Notes: generated by a model not told the origin, from the letters alone. 64,000 nucleotides of DNA from Candidatus Pacearchaeota archaeon (GCA_016204145.1 JACQLK010000016.1:9181-73180), one strand, 5' to 3'. Shown: positions 9,482 through 19,891, counted from the stretch's first letter. Numbers and translations are program-made.

Positions 9482-11866
9482 CTAAACCAAATTGTGCGTT
9501 GCGGTTAAATCCTTTTCAAACTTTTTTAATTTTTTCGGAATCTCGATTCCCGAAATTTCGTTTCTCAAGCTTATGCCTTTTTCCTTTTTCTCCTTCCAAA
9601 CCGCGCTGTTGAAGTTCATAAGCTCTTCCATCAAACTCAAATCTGATTTTCCCTTGTTGGATTTTGGAAATTCCGATTTAAGCAGATCGATTTTCGCCTC
9701 TTTTGCAATTACGCTTGAAAGCTGCGGAACAATGGGATAAATCAAAGTCAAAAATCTTTCAAGAAGAAAATGCAGTGCATATTTCGCCGAATCGCTTTCC
9801 TCTCTCGTGAATTTTTTGTTTTCGTTGTAAGCCCGCGATTTTATCATCTCGATGTAATTCGACGCAAAAACGTCCCATAAAAAATTTCTCAATTTTGTGG
9901 CGGGACGGTAAAAATCATACGAGCCGTAACAGCTGTCCGAAAACTCTGTCAAATCCTCAATATAATCTATGAAAAGTTTGTCAAGCTCGGCAAGTTTCGG
10001 TCTTGAATTTGGCTTTTCAAAGAGAAAAACAAATTTGGAAACATTGATTATTTTGTTTATCGTCTTCAGTTCTCCCCTTATTTTTTCCTCTGAACAGCTC
10101 AAATCCTGCTTTGACAAATCTCCCTCTGTCGCAGCCCACAACCTTATCGCCTCCGCCCCGTACTGCGAAAGAAGTTTCTGAGGGTCGACGACATTTCCCA
10201 GAGATTTTGACATTTTTCTTCCCTGCGAATCAAGAATGTGCTGATTTATCCAAACGTCCTTGAAGCACGGCTTTTTCGTCTCAAGATAGCCGCGAAGAAT
10301 CGTGTAATAAAGCCACGTCCTGACAATTTCCTTTCCCTGCGGTCTCAGCGCCGCCGGATAGGCCTTCTTGAAAAAATCATCGTCAGTTTTGTATTTCAAA
10401 ATAAAAAGTTCTGAAATCGACGAATCCATCCACGTGTCAAGAACGCGCGTCTCTCCCGTCCATTTTAATTTTTTGAAATCCTTAGATTTTTTTCCCGTAT
10501 GCTTTCCGCTTTTCCAAACTTCTGCATTTTCAGGAACACTTTCCTTCCACGGCTGATAATATTTTCCCGCAGGGGGAACGGCGACAATTTTTTCCCCTGA
10601 ACTCTCGGAATGCCAAAGAGGAATTTCCGTCGCGTAAAATCTCCTTCTTGAAATCGGCCAGTCTATTGAAACGGAATCAATCCAATCGATGAGAATTTTT
10701 CTCGATTCCTCCGGAAAAAATTTTATCTTTTTCGACATTTTTTTGACGTCGTTCTTGAATTCCAATTGCTTCAGATAAAATTCAGGCATTTCGATGAATT
10801 CTATTTCAGCTTTCGAGCGCTCGGAAATCGGCGTGCGATGCATTATTTTTTCCTGCTTTTGCAGAAAATTTTTTCCCTTGAGTTCTTCGATTATTTTCTG
10901 CCTCGCCTCTTTCACTTTCAGTCCCTTCAAAAATCCGGCATGCTCGTTCATTCTTCCGTCGGCGTTTATCGCGATTGTCGGCTTTATTTTCATATCCCTG
11001 AAAAATTGTATGTCTGATAAATCTCCGGCAGAGCACATCATTGCAAGCCCGGTTCCCTTGTCGGCCTGCGCGAGAGAATGCGCCTTTATCGGAACTTCTT
11101 TCCCAAACAAAGGAGTTATCGCAGTTTTTCCTTCAAGATGCCCGTATCTTTTGTCGTCCGGATTAAAAATAACCATGCTGCATGTGCAGATTAATTCAGG
11201 TCTTGTCGTCCCGATGACGATCCCCTCGCCGGTTTCCTTGACCTTCCATTTCACGTAGTTGAAATTTGATTCCAAATCCAGATAATCAATCTCGGAGTCC
11301 GCGACGGTTGTCTGCAATGCAGAATCCCAGTTATTTATTCTCGTGTCTTCGTAAATCAGCCCTTTTTTGTACAGCTCTATGAAAGTCGCCTGCGTTAATT
11401 TTCTGTAGTCCGGAGAATCGGTCATATAAACCGCTCCGATGTGATTCCCCTGCCTGTAAGATGTAAATGAAATCCCGAGCTTTGAAAAAGAACTCATGGT
11501 TTCTACGGAGGTTTCGTTCAAAAGCCTCTCGCAATATTTCAAAAATTCGCCCCTTGAAACTTTGAACGGACTCACTCCGAATTTTTTCTCGGCGCCTATT
11601 TCAATCGGCAAGCCGTTTCTGTCCAATCCCAACGGAAAAACCACTGAGAATCCCTTCATTCTTTTGTATCTGGCGAAAAAATCCATGTAGCAATATGTTA
11701 CCGACTGCCCGATGTGAACAGGGGCATTTACATACGGCGGCGGCGTGTCTATGGAATAAATCTTCTTCGTTTTTCCGCCAAACCTGAAAATCTCCGACTT
11801 TTCCCATCCATTTGTTATTTCTTTCTCGATATCGACGTTCCAGTTTTTTATCTTCCCGAATTCCAT
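9482..11866 (-). CDS. valS: Valine--tRNA ligase
   Basis: SIDTPPPY, HIGQ, GTTRPE, DWPISRRR, DTWMDSS, KMSKS; start set to ATG 11866 (TTATAA about 25 nt upstream). Confidence 0.93.
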   Translation of the reverse strand: MEFGKIKNWNVDIEKEITNGWEKSEIFRFGGKTKKIYSIDTPPPYVNAPVHIGQSVTYCYMDFFARYKRMKGFSVVFPLGLDRNGLPIEIGAEKKFGVSPFKVSRGEFLKYCERLLNETSVETMSSFSKLGISFTSYRQGNHIGAVYMTDSPDYRKLTQATFIELYKKGLIYEDTRINNWDSALQTTVADSEIDYLDLESNFNYVKWKVKETGEGIVIGTTRPELICTCSMVIFNPDDKRYGHLEGKTAITPLFGKEVPIKAHSLAQADKGTGLAMMCSAGDLSDIQFFRDMKIKPTIAINADGRMNEHAGFLKGLKVKEARQKIIEELKGKNFLQKQEKIMHRTPISERSKAEIEFIEMPEFYLKQLEFKNDVKKMSKKIKFFPEESRKILIDWIDSVSIDWPISRRRFYATEIPLWHSESSGEKIVAVPPAGKYYQPWKESVPENAEVWKSGKHTGKKSKDFKKLKWTGETRVLDTWMDSSISELFILKYKTDDDFFKKAYPAALRPQGKEIVRTWLYYTILRGYLETKKPCFKDVWINQHILDSQGRKMSKSLGNVVDPQKLLSQYGAEAIRLWAATEGDLSKQDLSCSEEKIRGELKTINKIINVSKFVFLFEKPNSRPKLAELDKLFIDYIEDLTEFSDSCYGSYDFYRPATKLRNFLWDVFASNYIEMIKSRAYNENKKFTREESDSAKYALHFLLERFLTLIYPIVPQLSSVIAKEAKIDLLKSEFPKSNKGKSDLSLMEELMNFNSAVWKEKKEKGISLRNEISGIEIPKKLKKFEKDLTATHNLV

Positions 11867-11987
11867 ATCCGGTTGAGCAAAAAGATAATTATAAAGTTTG
11901 CCGATTTCAAAAATTTTAAAATTGCCGAAGAAACTGCTCATTTAAAATTTAGGAAAAATTTTAAATACCACGAATTTATGGAATAAA

Positions 11988-12146
11988 ATGGCGGACAATC
12001 CAGTAAACCTTCCGGGCGGATTCGGCGGACTCGTGAGGTTCAACGAGGAATACACAAGTTACTTCAACTTCAAACCGATTCATATAATGATTTTCGTCGC
12101 AGGCATAATTGCATTCAGGATTTTTCTAGGATTTTGGTTTAAGTAA
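11988..12146 (+). CDS. secG: Preprotein translocase Sec61-beta subunit (not in ORF track)
   Basis: MADNPVNLPGGFGGLVRFNEEYTSYFNFKPIHIMIFVAGIIAFRIFLGFWFK; GGLVRF.EE motif plus one TM. Confidence 0.85.
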   Translation: MADNPVNLPGGFGGLVRFNEEYTSYFNFKPIHIMIFVAGIIAFRIFLGFWFK

Positions 12147-12258
12147 AAATAACGACGATGCTCCAACCTTGGCGTTTCCCTTGAAAAGAGAAATTTGCAA
12201 AAGGATAATATGCAAAAAATATTTATCAGTGCATAATTAATTTGATGGGGGATTGTAA

Positions 12259-12300
12259 GTTAAAATTTATTTCTGTTTCCGTGGGGCGGGCGGGAAAGAA
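12259..12300 (+). repeat. Dispersed G-tract module
   Basis: ctgtttccgtggggcgggcggg; compare 42707-42731 ctgtttccgcggggcggacggcggg. Confidence 0.6.
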
Positions 12301-12364
12301 ACAAGAGAGTTAAAAAAATATTTCCAACAGAAAACCATAAAAACCTTTTTAATTTTCCTTTAAA

Positions 12365-12682
12365 ATGTTTCCAAACATAGACCCAAAGAAAATGCAGGCA
12401 ATGATGAAGCAAATGGGAATCGCACAGGAAGAAATATCCGCCGAGAAAGTAACAATCGAAAAAACCGGCGGTGGAAAGATGATAATAAAAAACCCGTCTG
12501 TGACGAAAATAAAAATTCAGGGACAAGAAACATTTCAAATCTCCGGAGAAATTTCCGAAGACGAATTTTCCGAAGAAGACGTGAAAACTATTGTTGAAAA
12601 AACAGGGGCATCCAAATCAGAAGCAAAAAAAGCGCTTGAAAAAACCGGCGATTTGGCAGACGCGATTTTGGAGTTGAGTTAA
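12365..12682 (+). CDS. nac: Nascent polypeptide-associated complex protein
   Basis: DPKKMQAMMKQMGI, GQETFQISG, UBA-like GDLADAILEL. Confidence 0.93.
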   Translation: MFPNIDPKKMQAMMKQMGIAQEEISAEKVTIEKTGGGKMIIKNPSVTKIKIQGQETFQISGEISEDEFSEEDVKTIVEKTGASKSEAKKALEKTGDLADAILELS

Positions 12683-13668
12683 TTTCTCTCCGCTTGTTTC
12701 AGAATAATTTTAGAATGGTATTCTTGAACTCCTTTTAAAAATTCAGACGCAACTACGCTTAATCCGGGCGCCAAGTCCACTCTTTCGTTCCAATCATTAA
12801 TGCCAAGTTGAACTGCTTTTTCCAAAAACCGTCCTCTTTCAGAATAAACATCTCCCAATTGACCTCTTTGTTTAGCAGTCACGAATACTTCATCGCCCTC
12901 ATAAGGGCTGCCTTTGCAATTTTTAGTAATTCTCTCTATATCATTTTTCAATTGAGGTTCTTTGACAGAAAGTTCATAAAGCTCCTTAACAATTTTTATT
13001 CTATCATCCAAAACTCTTGCATCATATTTTTCCCTGAAATCCTTCGGCGCCGGCAAACCAAGCAAATCCAACGCCTCAACATAGGACAAATCCATCCATC
13101 TTTCATTATCAGAGCGGTTTTTTAAAAACTCCGCGGTTTCCTGCAAATTTTTCTGTCTATACCTTGAAATGGCATTGTTAAATCTGAAAAATAATTCAAC
13201 ATCCTCGCCCGTGTGGAATTCAAGAGCGGGCTTTGAAATTCTCAACGCCGTGGAAAAACAGCCGTCCTTGCCGAGGGAGTATTCCGCATTTTGCCCAAAT
13301 CGGGAAAAATCATAAGGAGGAATAATTATTTGCCCTTCTTTTAATTTCCATTCGGGACCAGTGTACCCGTTATCAGAATATTCTGCATATCTGTCCATCG
13401 GCAAAACAAAATTATGTCCAAAACTTTTTTCCGGCTCAATAATTTTGAGTGCCGCAAGTTTGTTATCAATCTCGCTCGCTTTATACGGGACAAATCTCCA
13501 ATGGGATCTTAAAACGCCAAGACGTCTCATCGTTGTAATTCCATGCCTACCAACCGAATTTTCCACAGCCAAAACCCGCTGTCCCACTGCATTTGATAAT
13601 TTGGTTTCCAAATCCGAAAAAGCTCTTTTAAAATTTTCAACCTTTTCCGACGCCTCAAGAAGATTCAT
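12679..13668 (-). CDS. Hypothetical protein
   Basis: 329-aa ORF, no motif recognised. Confidence 0.6.
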   Translation of the reverse strand: MNLLEASEKVENFKRAFSDLETKLSNAVGQRVLAVENSVGRHGITTMRRLGVLRSHWRFVPYKASEIDNKLAALKIIEPEKSFGHNFVLPMDRYAEYSDNGYTGPEWKLKEGQIIIPPYDFSRFGQNAEYSLGKDGCFSTALRISKPALEFHTGEDVELFFRFNNAISRYRQKNLQETAEFLKNRSDNERWMDLSYVEALDLLGLPAPKDFREKYDARVLDDRIKIVKELYELSVKEPQLKNDIERITKNCKGSPYEGDEVFVTAKQRGQLGDVYSERGRFLEKAVQLGINDWNERVDLAPGLSVVASEFLKGVQEYHSKIILKQAERN

Positions 13669-13716
13669 GTAAAAATAACAAATTCAAATTATTTAAACAT
13701 TGTTGTGATAAAATCC

Positions 13717-13926
13717 TTAACCGCTGTAAAAATTATACCTTTCAGAACATTCCAGCACTTCTTTTCTAAACGGGCTGTCCGACGATGAAAGCCCTCTTTG
13801 ACGGCACATTGACAAAATCCAAGTCGCATATTCCGGTTTTGCGGGAATATTTCCTTTCGTATTTGAAATCTTCCTCACTTCCTCCATAATTTCAAAATTG
13901 CTCAACGGCTTGTATTGCTCTCTCAT
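13717..13926 (-). CDS. Small hypothetical protein
   Basis: 69 aa with TTTAAA about 22 nt upstream. Confidence 0.45.
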   Translation of the reverse strand: MREQYKPLSNFEIMEEVRKISNTKGNIPAKPEYATWILSMCRQRGLSSSDSPFRKEVLECSERYNFYSG

Positions 13927-14065
13927 GAAAACCCTGCATCTCTTTCTCTTTTAAATATTATTATGGTAAAAATTGAAAATCCGGAATTCACAACCTTTTT
14001 AAAGAAACATATAAAAAGCCCGATATCTTGTATAATTATGCTTCTAAAAACCCCAAAAAAACTGC

Positions 14066-14506
14066 ATGGAAGAAATAATTCAGGAAAAAATAAGCGCGGA
14101 CCATCTTTTGTATGTCAGTTTGAAATACACCAAAACATGTGACGTGATATTCAATTTAATTCTTCGCTGGAGAAAAATGATTGAAACCAGCATTGACGAG
14201 CTTTTGAAGCGCGCAAAAAAAAGAAAAAAAATTTCCGCCATTCCGGGGAACCCCGCAAAAAAAATCGAGGAAGTCAGAAAACTCTTCAAAAAAGACAAAA
14301 ATTTTCAGGACGTAATAGACATGTATGAAATGTTCAGGAAAGTCGAGGAACTCAGAAAAGAAAGAATCGGCGAATTCAGGAAAAACGTCACGCTGAAAAT
14401 TTTTTACAAGGGCGAGGAAATAAACGTCAATCTGGAACAGCTGAAAATTTACGCGGAAAAGTTGGAAAAATTTATAAGCGTAACTAAACAATTTCTTTTG
14501 CATTAA
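14066..14506 (+). CDS. Hypothetical helical protein upstream of minD
   Basis: ADHLLYVSLKYTKTCDVI; host-like codon usage. Confidence 0.7.
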   Translation: MEEIIQEKISADHLLYVSLKYTKTCDVIFNLILRWRKMIETSIDELLKRAKKRKKISAIPGNPAKKIEEVRKLFKKDKNFQDVIDMYEMFRKVEELRKERIGEFRKNVTLKIFYKGEEINVNLEQLKIYAEKLEKFISVTKQFLLH

Positions 14507-14523
14507 CTATCGGTGTTCTTAAA

Positions 14524-15309
14524 ATGAAAAGGGTAATCGTTATAACTTCTGGAAAAGGCGGCGTCGGGAAAACGACAACCGCGATAAATCTCGGCGCGGC
14601 GATGAATATTTTCGGTCGCGAAGTTCTCATTGTCGACGGCAATTTGACAACGCCGAACGTCGGAATTCATTTCGGCTCTCCCGAGGTGCCGGTAACGTTA
14701 AATCACGTTCTTTCAAACAAGGCGGAGGTTTTCGAGGCGGTTTACGAGCACGAATCCGGATTGAAAATAATTCCCGCCTCGCTTTCTGTGAAAGAATTGA
14801 AAAAAATAAAGCCGGAAAAAATAGGCAATTTCAAAAAGGACTTTACGAAAATTTCAGACATAGTGGTTGTTGACAGTTCTGCCGGATTGGGAAACGAGGC
14901 GACATCGGTTATGGCGGTCGCGGACGAATTAATAATTGTCACAAATCCCGAAATGCCTGCGATAACAGATGCGCTAAAAACATTGAAATTGGCTCAGGAA
15001 ATGAAAAAGCCGATTCTGGGCGTTATAATAACAAAAGTCAGGGAAGACGACATTGAAATGCAGCCCGACGTCGTCAAGGAAATGCTTGAAATTCCGATAC
15101 TCGGAATGGTTCCTTACGACTTAAGCGTTTCAAAATCGCTCAACATGAAAGACGCCGTCGTTCACACGCATCCCAAAAGCAAGGCGGCGAGGGCGTACAA
15201 GGAAATTGCGGCGAAAATCCTGAACGTGAAATACGATTCAAAAAAAGACGCGGAAAACTTTATTGAAAAAATTCTCAAGAAATTCGGATTTGGGAAAAAG
15301 AGGAAATAA
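14524..15309 (+). CDS. minD: MinD-family ATPase
   Basis: Deviant Walker A KGGVGKTT, VTNPEMPAITDA, amphipathic C-terminal FIEKILKKFGF. Confidence 0.9.
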   Translation: MKRVIVITSGKGGVGKTTTAINLGAAMNIFGREVLIVDGNLTTPNVGIHFGSPEVPVTLNHVLSNKAEVFEAVYEHESGLKIIPASLSVKELKKIKPEKIGNFKKDFTKISDIVVVDSSAGLGNEATSVMAVADELIIVTNPEMPAITDALKTLKLAQEMKKPILGVIITKVREDDIEMQPDVVKEMLEIPILGMVPYDLSVSKSLNMKDAVVHTHPKSKAARAYKEIAAKILNVKYDSKKDAENFIEKILKKFGFGKKRK

Positions 15310-15357
15310 TCTTTTAATCACGATAATAATTTTAAAGCGAGTGCATATGAAATTTGG

Positions 15358-15786
15358 ATGTACAACACTAGATTTTTCCGAGAATACAGAAGACCTGAAC
15401 TTCCAGTTTTTATAGATTCTAATTTCGGTGATCTTGATTTGGAATTAAAAAATATAGGACATCTTCTGGAATTGAATTACTTCAGACAAGAAAATCCCAG
15501 CATTAAAAATATGCGCGCAAATTCTTCCTACCTTTTGGCAAATTCAAATCCTTTGGCAATTGCAAGATTGCAGGCGGTAAAATGGACCAAACCTTTGGAT
15601 AGCGAGCAGTTGGGAGAGATATCATTATGGATTGAACATTTAAATCTGGACCAAAAATTTCCTGAATTGGAAGAAATAGCTAAATGCTATGGATTAGTTA
15701 ACAAAGGTACGAGAAATGATTTTAAAAATCGTCGCGTAGATTATGTTATTTCTACTTGGTCCTTAAATTCTCATTTAACAAGATAA
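15358..15786 (+). CDS. Hypothetical protein
   Basis: 142-aa AT-rich ORF. Confidence 0.5.
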   Translation: MYNTRFFREYRRPELPVFIDSNFGDLDLELKNIGHLLELNYFRQENPSIKNMRANSSYLLANSNPLAIARLQAVKWTKPLDSEQLGEISLWIEHLNLDQKFPELEEIAKCYGLVNKGTRNDFKNRRVDYVISTWSLNSHLTR

Positions 15787-17013
15787 TCACCCCTTTATCC
15801 CTACTACCGCGGTCTCGGGATTTCTGACAAAATTCGCCTTGTCTCTGAAAATGGAAATTATTTTCCCAAACGTTTTCTGCAAAAACCCGCTTCCGACGCT
15901 GTTGTAGCTTATTCTGACGTCGTTTAAATTTCGCGTCGAGACGACGGATATTTTATTTGAATTATCAGCGACAATCTTGTGCTCCCGCGTCAAAGAATTT
16001 TCCGCTTTATTTTTTGCTTCAATTTCAATTTTTGAAGAATCTGCATTTGTAGATTTTTTGGAAAGCAAAACATTGTCGTCTTTTATTTCAATTGACGTTG
16101 CCCCGTTAAGGATTATTGAATTGCCTTTTGCCGTAATTTTAGGAATAGTTCCGGTATTTTGCACTTCTATTTTTGAGTCCGCCGGCTGGATTGCAACATC
16201 TCCGTCTTTTGAAACAGGGATGTAGGGATTTCCCTTGTTGAATGTCAAAACCGCTCCCTTTCCGGAATTTGATTCAACAATAAGATTATTTTTGCCGAAA
16301 GAAACGTCTATTTTTCCGTGCTCGACGCCGTCAAAAAACAAATCGTTTTCTTTGAGAAAAGTCGACTGCAAATTCGCGAGCTTGTTTCCGATTTTCACGT
16401 TGTTCAAAGATGTCTCGTCCGAAAGAACAGAATACAACCTTCCCTGAAAAGAATTTATTTTTCCGCTCATCAAAAAATCGCCGGGAATTCTCACGTTGCT
16501 TCCTTCCATCGTCGTGAGATAGTCCTTCAAGCCCGGCGCTTGAACAGAAGTCGGAAAAGATGGAAGCGTTGAACTCGGAGGAATCCTGAGATTTATTCCC
16601 GTCTCGGAATTGAATTTCAACTGTGTATCGGCGGGAACGGTCGCTTGAACTTTTTGCAGCGTAAAGGTTCCCTCTTTTAATGTCAAATCCGCATTTACCA
16701 ATTCCCCTTGCGCGTTCACATCGGCAACGACCGGCGCTTTTCTTAAATCCTGTCCGTATATTCCTTTGAAACTGCTTCCTTTTGTATCAAGATCGCACGT
16801 CTCAATTAAACAAGAGATTCTTTTTATCTCGTTATTTTGCTGCGCAATTTCAAAATTTCCCTGTCCGTAAATTGTATTTTGCGGCAAGCCGCATCCTGAA
16901 AATACTTCGTATCCCGGAATATCTACTTCGCACGACTCCGCGGCGAAAATCAGTTGCGGTGAAAAAGACAGCGTAACCGCAAAAAACAAAATTGTTAAAA
17001 TTTCCTTTTTCAT
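15787..17013 (-). CDS. Secreted beta-rich hypothetical protein
   Basis: Signal peptide; Ser/Thr/Asn/Gly rich. Confidence 0.7.
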   Translation of the reverse strand: MKKEILTILFFAVTLSFSPQLIFAAESCEVDIPGYEVFSGCGLPQNTIYGQGNFEIAQQNNEIKRISCLIETCDLDTKGSSFKGIYGQDLRKAPVVADVNAQGELVNADLTLKEGTFTLQKVQATVPADTQLKFNSETGINLRIPPSSTLPSFPTSVQAPGLKDYLTTMEGSNVRIPGDFLMSGKINSFQGRLYSVLSDETSLNNVKIGNKLANLQSTFLKENDLFFDGVEHGKIDVSFGKNNLIVESNSGKGAVLTFNKGNPYIPVSKDGDVAIQPADSKIEVQNTGTIPKITAKGNSIILNGATSIEIKDDNVLLSKKSTNADSSKIEIEAKNKAENSLTREHKIVADNSNKISVVSTRNLNDVRISYNSVGSGFLQKTFGKIISIFRDKANFVRNPETAVVGIKG

Positions 17014-17055
17014 TATGAAAAATTCCTTTTTTTATGCTGAAATTTATTTTTCATT

Positions 17056-17769
17056 TTAATATTTGTTTATGAAAACAAATTCCAATGTTTCGTTGTTTAT
17101 TTTTGAATTTTCGTCCCTGAATGAAAAAATCGTTCCGTTTTCAGATTCCTGCATGTCAACGTATAAATCGTTTTTCAGCGCGATGTCCAGCGCGCAATTT
17201 AAGCAAATGCCGTCGTGCGTCATTTGTTCCTGCAAAAATTCCTGAACCGCATTGTAAACAATTCCGTATCTCACCTGGACTTCTATTTTGAAATCCTTGA
17301 GCAAGGTGGAACTCTGCCCTTGCTTTATCGTTATCGGATAAATTATTTCAAAACTCACTTTGTCTTCGGATATTGTCGGCGTCGCGGAAATTTCTCCGGA
17401 GGTTATTTCCGTTTCCTTAAAATCCTGAAAATTTCTTATGCACAGCGACGCGATCTTCCCGAAATTGCTCGACATTTCGTTTTCCATTTTTTCTTTTGAC
17501 GGCATGTGATTTTCGCCGCCATAATAATAGTAAGGAAAACCCAATTCATCGGAAAGATTAGGCGGAATCAAATAGCCGCCGCCGTAGGCGGCTGCGTAAA
17601 CAATTTTGTCGCTCGCATCTTGCAGGCAATCTTGTACAAAATTATTGACGTTTTGCGCTTCCGGATTTAAAAAGCCGAAATTGCCCCGCATAAAAAAAGC
17701 CAGGGCGGAAACCGCGATGACGATGATTGCAACGATTAAAAAAATTGTCAGTTGCCCTCTTTTTTTCAT
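17056..17769 (-). CDS. Protein with class III (archaeal pilin-like) signal peptide
   Basis: MKKRGQ-LTIFLIVAIIVIAV. Confidence 0.7.
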   Translation of the reverse strand: MKKRGQLTIFLIVAIIVIAVSALAFFMRGNFGFLNPEAQNVNNFVQDCLQDASDKIVYAAAYGGGYLIPPNLSDELGFPYYYYGGENHMPSKEKMENEMSSNFGKIASLCIRNFQDFKETEITSGEISATPTISEDKVSFEIIYPITIKQGQSSTLLKDFKIEVQVRYGIVYNAVQEFLQEQMTHDGICLNCALDIALKNDLYVDMQESENGTIFSFRDENSKINNETLEFVFINKY

Positions 17770-17841
17770 CAATATTAATGAAAAAAGGGATATAAAAATT
17801 TAATGACGCAAAATTTTTATTCTCTGTTTCTCTGTTCCAAT

Positions 17842-18459
17842 ATGGAAGACGCTCGCAAATCTCTGATTCTGAACATAATCGGAATTTTCCCGTTGGTAAT
17901 GGGAATTCTCGCGATTTTCAATTCGCTTAAAATTGGCTCCGTCTCGCAGATTTTGTGGATTTGCTATTTTTGCCTGATTCTTATCGGGATGGGCATTTTG
18001 TCAGGAAATGATTTTCTTGTAATGAGTCAAATCTATATTCTTTTTATTCCGTTGATTTTTTGGGACGTTGATTTTATTTACCATTGGATTTTCCAAGAGC
18101 CGCTTTGGGGAATAAGCGACTATTTCTTTGTCGGAAATTTCGACCTTGGAAAAATAATAAGCTTGCAGCATCTCGCGACGATTCCAATGACAATTTATTC
18201 CCTGCGTTTGATGGGGCCGAAGAGAAAGGACGCGTGGAAATTGAGCGTTGTTCAAATAATTGCCGTTTATCTTTTGACAAACGCGTTTTTTCCGGGAACA
18301 AACATAAATTGCATTTCAGAACCGTGTGTGAATTTCAACCTAGGGCTTCCTTATGTTGCGACATGGTTCCTTGCATTTTTCACGATGATTTTCATAAGCG
18401 TTCTTGTCATCAATGGCTTTTTCTTCAGAAAATCAAAATTCAAAGAAAGGTTTATGTGA
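17842..18459 (+). CDS. Multi-pass membrane protein
   Basis: About six hydrophobic segments; start set to ATG 17842. Confidence 0.7.
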   Translation: MEDARKSLILNIIGIFPLVMGILAIFNSLKIGSVSQILWICYFCLILIGMGILSGNDFLVMSQIYILFIPLIFWDVDFIYHWIFQEPLWGISDYFFVGNFDLGKIISLQHLATIPMTIYSLRLMGPKRKDAWKLSVVQIIAVYLLTNAFFPGTNINCISEPCVNFNLGLPYVATWFLAFFTMIFISVLVINGFFFRKSKFKERFM

Positions 18460-18717
18460 AAGAAACAGATTATCCGAAAAAGTGAATGTGCAAACCGCAT
18501 TTAAAATCCAAAAGAACATGTTTCTCAATTCCTCGCTGATGAAAAAATGTTAATATCCAATCAAACTATAACATCGAAATGTTTTTTGGAATTAACCCTG
18601 TTTCATCTGCAATAGGCAATTTTTTATTTTGCGCGGGGAGGAGCAACACAGGGGTGATGATTTCCATAATGTAAAAACTTATCGCGGTGGATTTTATCAT
18701 TAAAATTTCCCTGGGCT

Positions 18718-19062
18718 TTATTTTATCTTCGCCCCGACTTCGACATCCTTCTCGGGAGAAATCAAAATAACTTGCATTTCATCTTTGCTCGCCGCCGCAA
18801 GAAGCATTCCGTTGCTTTCAATTCCTTTCAACATTCGCGGAGCAAGATTCGCGACGATAATTATCTTTTTGTTTTTCAGTTCGTCTTTTGAGTAATGTTT
18901 TTTTATTCCCGCGCAAATCACGCGCTTTCCGATTTCTTTTCCCAAATCAACGCTCAGTTTGTAAAGCTTGTCCGCGCCTTCAATGTCCTCAACTTTCAAG
19001 ATTTTTCCGACTCGCAAATCCGTTTTCGCGAAGTCGTCGTATGAGATTATGGATTCGGTCAT
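18718..19062 (-). CDS. Stand-alone tRNA-binding OB domain (MetRS C-terminal/Trbp111/CsaA family)
   Basis: ISYDDFAKTDLRVGKI, ADKLYKL.VDLG, NLAPRMLKGIESNGMLLAA. Confidence 0.9.
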   Translation of the reverse strand: MTESIISYDDFAKTDLRVGKILKVEDIEGADKLYKLSVDLGKEIGKRVICAGIKKHYSKDELKNKKIIIVANLAPRMLKGIESNGMLLAAASKDEMQVILISPEKDVEVGAKIK

Positions 19063-19502
19063 TTTACCGCTCCATCTTCAATCTCAAAGTAAGCTTCTTT
19101 ATCAGACGGATTAAAAATTAATTTGGCCTTTGTCTTTAGCAGAAAATCTATTCCCAATAAACTCGGTTGGAGAGAATTATCTTCTCCTTTGATAGGAAAA
19201 TCCACAGACATTTCAACTTCAAAATCCCCGAATTTTAGTTTTGCTTTTTCAAGGACTATTGTAAAAATTTGCCCTCCACCAATATTTACGGGTTTATGCT
19301 TGCCTTGTAGTTTGGCAAGTTGCACTTTTGAAATTCTAGTCCTTTTCATATCCAAAGGACCGATAAGAGTTACCGGACTTCCTGTGTCTACAATTGCCCG
19401 TATGGGAATGAATAAATGCGGGTCTTCCGACCTTAATAAAAAAACAGCAATAATCCTCAAGCTTCCGGCAAAAAATTCTACATTTAAAGGAATTTTTCTC
19501 AT
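19059..19502 (-). CDS. Retropepsin-like aspartic protease
   Basis: AIVDTGSPVT catalytic motif and SLLGIDFL. Confidence 0.8.
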   Translation of the reverse strand: MRKIPLNVEFFAGSLRIIAVFLLRSEDPHLFIPIRAIVDTGSPVTLIGPLDMKRTRISKVQLAKLQGKHKPVNIGGGQIFTIVLEKAKLKFGDFEVEMSVDFPIKGEDNSLQPSLLGIDFLLKTKAKLIFNPSDKEAYFEIEDGAVK

Positions 19503-19503
19503 C

Positions 19504-19749
19504 TTAAAGAATCAAGATAAATCCTTCTGGATGAACAAACTCTATAAAAGTGAAGGAAGGGTTTTCTCCTCTTTTTTCAATTTCTTTTATTACAACATCT
19601 ACATTTTCATTAGAAACAATCGGTTTAGAATTTTTTATAGCCACGAATTTGCCGACAAAGCCCTCTTTTTGTAATTTAGATATATTTCTATGAAACCATT
19701 CGCTGTCTCTCTCAAAGTTTTCCAAAATCTGCGTTTCTTGGCTTGTCAT
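19504..19749 (-). CDS. DUF5678-like small protein
   Basis: W...N...L......GKFVAIKN..IVS......V pattern; ends 1 nt before the protease start. Confidence 0.7.
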   Translation of the reverse strand: MTSQETQILENFERDSEWFHRNISKLQKEGFVGKFVAIKNSKPIVSNENVDVVIKEIEKRGENPSFTFIEFVHPEGFILIL

Positions 19750-19891
19750 TTTAATGAAGAACTCTTTTTCCTTTTAGGGGATGAAAGCAGTAGAAAATCA
19801 ACTTTTTTAAATTTTGCGGAACAAGAATCAAACCCTCTTTTCATTTAAGGGCTAGGCAAAACCTCTTTATAAATTTTTTAGTTTTTAAAAA

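Noticed and set aside
18500..18717. C/D box sRNA (GTGATGA near 18654)
   Set aside because: No CTGA D box downstream at a suitable distance; more likely a degenerate repeat copy
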